Assembly (NCBI RefSeq): GCF_000014265.1
Contig: NC_008312.1
Span: 5,070,001 to 5,102,000, forward strand
DNA: 32,000 bases
Source: Trichodesmium erythraeum IMS101
Lineage (GTDB): Bacteria; Cyanobacteriota; Cyanobacteriia; Cyanobacteriales; Microcoleaceae
Direction of reading: 5' to 3'
In this document: in pieces, positions 29,412 through 32,000 of the stretch
How the letters are laid out: each line of letters starts with the position of its first letter
Position numbering within the stretch: position 1 is the stretch's first letter
Program-made: the position numbers and the translations under genes
Notes under the pieces: generated by a model
Database searches by the model: none
Seen by the model: only the letters and a program-made list of their open reading frames with translations
What the model was told of the DNA's origin: nothing

Positions 29412-29816
29412 ATGAAAAAATACAGAAAGATTATTTTAATATGTTTAGTTTTTACTGTAATTTTAGGTTTGTTAACTAAGTTCTATGAAGGAACCTTTTC
29501 GGAATGGCTGAACAATTCTTTTAGTTCGATTTTTTATGAGGCATTCTGGATTTTATTAGTAATTTTTATTCGGCCTCAAATTTCTACTGTTAGGGTTATT
29601 TTTTTTGTTTTTATTAGTACCTCATTTCTAGAATTTATCCAATTATGGAAACCACCTTTTTTACAAGCTATTAGAGCTACTTTAATTGGTAGGTTGTTAT
29701 TAGGAAATACCTTTGTATGGTGGGATTTTTTATACTATGCATTGGGATGTACATTGACTTGGATACTTTTAGGTTACTTAAAATCCTATACAGACATAAA
29801 AAACAAACAAGATTAG
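29412..29816 (+). CDS. Small 4-TM membrane protein, DUF2809-like
   Basis: There are four hydrophobic segments. SFLEFIQLW and LLGNTFVWWDFLYYALG resemble the conserved (E.Q / LG..F.w.D...Y..G) blocks I associate with DUF2809. Confidence 0.65.
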   Translation: MKKYRKIILICLVFTVILGLLTKFYEGTFSEWLNNSFSSIFYEAFWILLVIFIRPQISTVRVIFFVFISTSFLEFIQLWKPPFLQAIRATLIGRLLLGNTFVWWDFLYYALGCTLTWILLGYLKSYTDIKNKQD

Positions 29817-30034
29817 GGAATATAAATTATAGCTACAGTGTTTTTAAAGTTAATAATATCAAGTTATTTTTATTCTTTTTATTCCCTATTTTTAGAATTA
29901 ATACTGAGTAGTAATTTTATAATAATTTTCTAACTATTAACTATTCGGGCGCCACCAAATAATTTTGTAGCTCAATAGTATGGGAATTACTATATTTATC
30001 TTACTTTGAAATTTTGAACTTTGACTTTTAATCT

Positions 30035-31573
30035 TTAAGCTACTCTTACCCACTCAATAATAGCTTTAGTCAATCCATCCAAAGTATATTCTTGAGCTTC
30101 CACATCTACTCTACCTAATAGACTATGACAACTTTGAGAAGTTTGAGGTCCGATAGAAGCAATACAAATATTTTCTAATAAATCTTCGGGTAATTTATCC
30201 TTATTTTCCCCAATTAAATAACAAAAGTTTTTGACAGTTTTAGAACTAGCAAAAGTAATAACATCTATGTGATAATTCTGTAGGGCTAACAAAGCTTCGG
30301 GTAAAATATTTTCTGGGCAACTAGACTCATAAGCAGCTACTTCTATTACCTCTGCACCTTGACTATTTAATTCCTTAACTAATACTTCTCGACCACCAGT
30401 TTCTACTCTGGGAAATAAAATCTTTTTCCCACTCAATTTTTCGGGAAAATTCGCTACTAAAGAATCAGCAACAAAGTTAGGTGGAATAAAATCTGGTACT
30501 AAACCACAAGTCTTCAAACTTTCTGCAGTTTTTTTACCAACTACTGCTATTTTTACTCCAGCTAAAGCACGACTATCTTTACCTTTCTCTGCTAATCTTT
30601 CAAAGAAATAGTCTACTCCATTTGTAGAAGTAAGAATTAACCAATCAAAACTATTTATATTAGTAATACCTAGGTCTAAATCATGCCAACTTGAAGGGGG
30701 AGTAATAACTAAAGCTGGCATTTCAATTACTTTTGCTCCTTGTTTTTTGAGAAGTTCGCTAAACTTACTTGACTGACCTGCTGAACGAGTTACTAAAATA
30801 GTTTTATTTGCTAAAGGTGCTATCTCTGTTTTGGCTTCTGACTTTTCTCTAACCATGTTATTTGGATATTGTAAATAATCTCTTAATCTGACTACTTCTC
30901 CTACTATTATCACACAAGGGGATAAATATTCAGCATAAGTTTGTTTAGCAATATTGCTCAAATTACTAATCCAAATTTGTTGTTTAGGAGTTGCACAATT
31001 TTTGATAATAGCTACAGGAGTTTGAGGTTTTCTTTGGTGTTTTAATAACTGATGTACAATTTCACCTAAATTTTTTGCCCCCATTAAAATTACTAAAGTT
31101 TCAATTTTAGATATTGTTTCCCAGTCTAATACTTTTATGTCATGAGCAGTTAAGATGACAAAAGCTCTACTCATTACTGTATCTGTTAAAGGAATATTTG
31201 CTAGTAAAGGTGCAGCTAATGTAGAGGAAATTCCTGGTACTATTTCAAATTCACAACCTGCTTTAATTAATGCTTGAATTTCTGGAGTAGCACGACCAAA
31301 AATAAAGGGGTCTCCTCCTTTTAGTCTAATTACTTGTTTGCCTAAATTATATTTTTCTATTAATAAGCTATTAATTTCTGACTGAGATATACTGGGTTTA
31401 CCGCCACGTTTACCCATCTCTATTTTTAAACAATTTTCTGGTGCTAGTTCTAAAATAGAGTCATCAATTAAGGCATCATAAATTAATACTTCCCCTTGAG
31501 TAATTAGGGCATGTGCTTTGAGGGTTAAATATTCTTTATTTCCGGGTCCGGCTCCAATGATATATACTTTCAT
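30035..31573 (-). CDS. cobA: Bifunctional uroporphyrinogen-III C-methyltransferase / uroporphyrinogen-III synthase (CobA-HemD fusion)
   Basis: The N-terminus VYIIGAGPGNKEYLTLKA...VIRLKGGDPFIFGR...EIVPGISS is SUMT-type. The C-terminal ~255 aa (ILVTRSAGQSS...WLILTSTNGV...FASSKTV) is HemD-like. Confidence 0.9.
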   Translation of the reverse strand: MKVYIIGAGPGNKEYLTLKAHALITQGEVLIYDALIDDSILELAPENCLKIEMGKRGGKPSISQSEINSLLIEKYNLGKQVIRLKGGDPFIFGRATPEIQALIKAGCEFEIVPGISSTLAAPLLANIPLTDTVMSRAFVILTAHDIKVLDWETISKIETLVILMGAKNLGEIVHQLLKHQRKPQTPVAIIKNCATPKQQIWISNLSNIAKQTYAEYLSPCVIIVGEVVRLRDYLQYPNNMVREKSEAKTEIAPLANKTILVTRSAGQSSKFSELLKKQGAKVIEMPALVITPPSSWHDLDLGITNINSFDWLILTSTNGVDYFFERLAEKGKDSRALAGVKIAVVGKKTAESLKTCGLVPDFIPPNFVADSLVANFPEKLSGKKILFPRVETGGREVLVKELNSQGAEVIEVAAYESSCPENILPEALLALQNYHIDVITFASSKTVKNFCYLIGENKDKLPEDLLENICIASIGPQTSQSCHSLLGRVDVEAQEYTLDGLTKAIIEWVRVA

Positions 31574-31575
31574 TT

Positions 31576-31596
31576 CAGTTATTAGTTATTAGTTAT
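31576..31596. repeat. Heptanucleotide tandem repeat (AGTTATT x2 + AGTTATC), STRR-like
   Basis: It is read directly from the sequence and lies 3 nt upstream of the cobA/hemD start codon on the minus strand. A second short case (AGGAGTT x2) is at 29087-29100. Confidence 0.8.
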
Positions 31597-31786
31597 CGGT
31601 AAAAAGTAGGTTGGATATAACGCAGTAAAGCTAAACATTGGTTTTATAACTATGGGTTTAGGTTAGGAGGCTGTTAAACGGTTTTTGCGCGGCATTTCTG
31701 TACTAAAAATTTATCAGAGATTACTTTTGACTTTTGACTTGTGGGTAGGGCTGTATTTTTGTTGGGTTTCGGTTACTAAACCCAAC

Positions 31787-32000
31787 TTACTGTGTACTTT
31801 CTTTTTTCAAGTTTGTTTCATTAAATGCTTTTTCTAATTCTGAAGTTAATTGTAAGCGATCGCTCCACAATTTCAAATAGTCAAAATCTAATATTTTTGA
31901 TCTAGCTTTTAAAATTCCTAATAGATAACGTCATTGTTTTTGATAAGTTATCTGATATTTTGTATCATCTTAATTTCTGTAAAATAATATTTTCTGGAAA
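31787..32000 (-). pseudogene. Partial gene running off the window edge, apparently disrupted. C-terminal region of a conserved cyanobacterial hypothetical protein.
   Basis: The minus strand reads KQ*RYLLGILKARSKILDFDYLKLWSDRLQLTSELEKAFNETNLKKESTQ*. It resembles the ...RQWRD.LGILK....LD..YL..WA..L.L...L..A... C-termini that I recall from small cyanobacterial proteins, with TGA where W is expected. The family call is tentative. Confidence 0.35.

Noticed and set aside
21166-29911. Short ORFs 21166-21420(-), 21540-21767(-), 24401-24583(-), 26214-26417(-), 28490-28687(-) and 29717-29911(+)
   Set aside because: Each overlaps a longer ORF with better support, either antisense or out of frame. They are AT-rich, low-complexity translations.
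31761-31786. Hairpin GTTGGGTTT-CGGTTACT-AAACCCAAC as a terminator
   Set aside because: It is a 9-bp stem, but on the minus strand it is followed by an A-run rather than a T-run, and it overlaps the stop of a decayed gene. It cannot be assigned a function.
31574-31790. Possible cobalamin riboswitch in the cobA/hemD 5' region
   Set aside because: I found no B12-box-like sequence or conserved riboswitch helices by eye. Only the heptamer repeat and an AT-rich leader are present.

Overview
This is an AT-rich cyanobacterial chromosome segment. Support: 9 copies of the HIP1 octamer GCGATCGC, cyanobacterial-type lpxC-fabZ-lpxA-lpxB, trxA, cobA/hemD and IMPDH-family genes, and STRR-like heptamer repeats that suggest a filamentous, Nostocales-type genome. 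The window looks like an eroding genome, with roughly half of it non-coding or decayed.

In order along the window:
- It opens inside a group II intron that splits an IMPDH-family gene.
- Two dead ~1.39-kb IS701-like copies in inverted orientation bracket one RTX-type secreted protein. That protein is built from four near-identical 131-aa modules.
- An IS5-family relic (good TIRs, TAA target duplication, broken transposase) sits inside an IS630-like relic.
- A thioredoxin duplication array has 4 copies: 2 intact and 2 decayed, in a complementary pattern.
- A KDSR-like SDR and an IS66-like relic follow.
- A 1240-aa TPR protein carries ~780 aa of acidic 34-aa and 22-aa tandem repeats.
- Then a bestrophin-family channel, a multiply disrupted ubiD pseudogene and a Zn-ribbon-NYN-LOTUS-like protein.
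- The lipid A cluster is interrupted by an orphan gene.
- Two more orphan or small membrane genes, cobA/hemD and a further pseudogene at the window edge complete it.

No rRNA, tRNA or CRISPR array was found. All family calls come from motif recognition by eye. No searches or computations were run, and identities are visual estimates.
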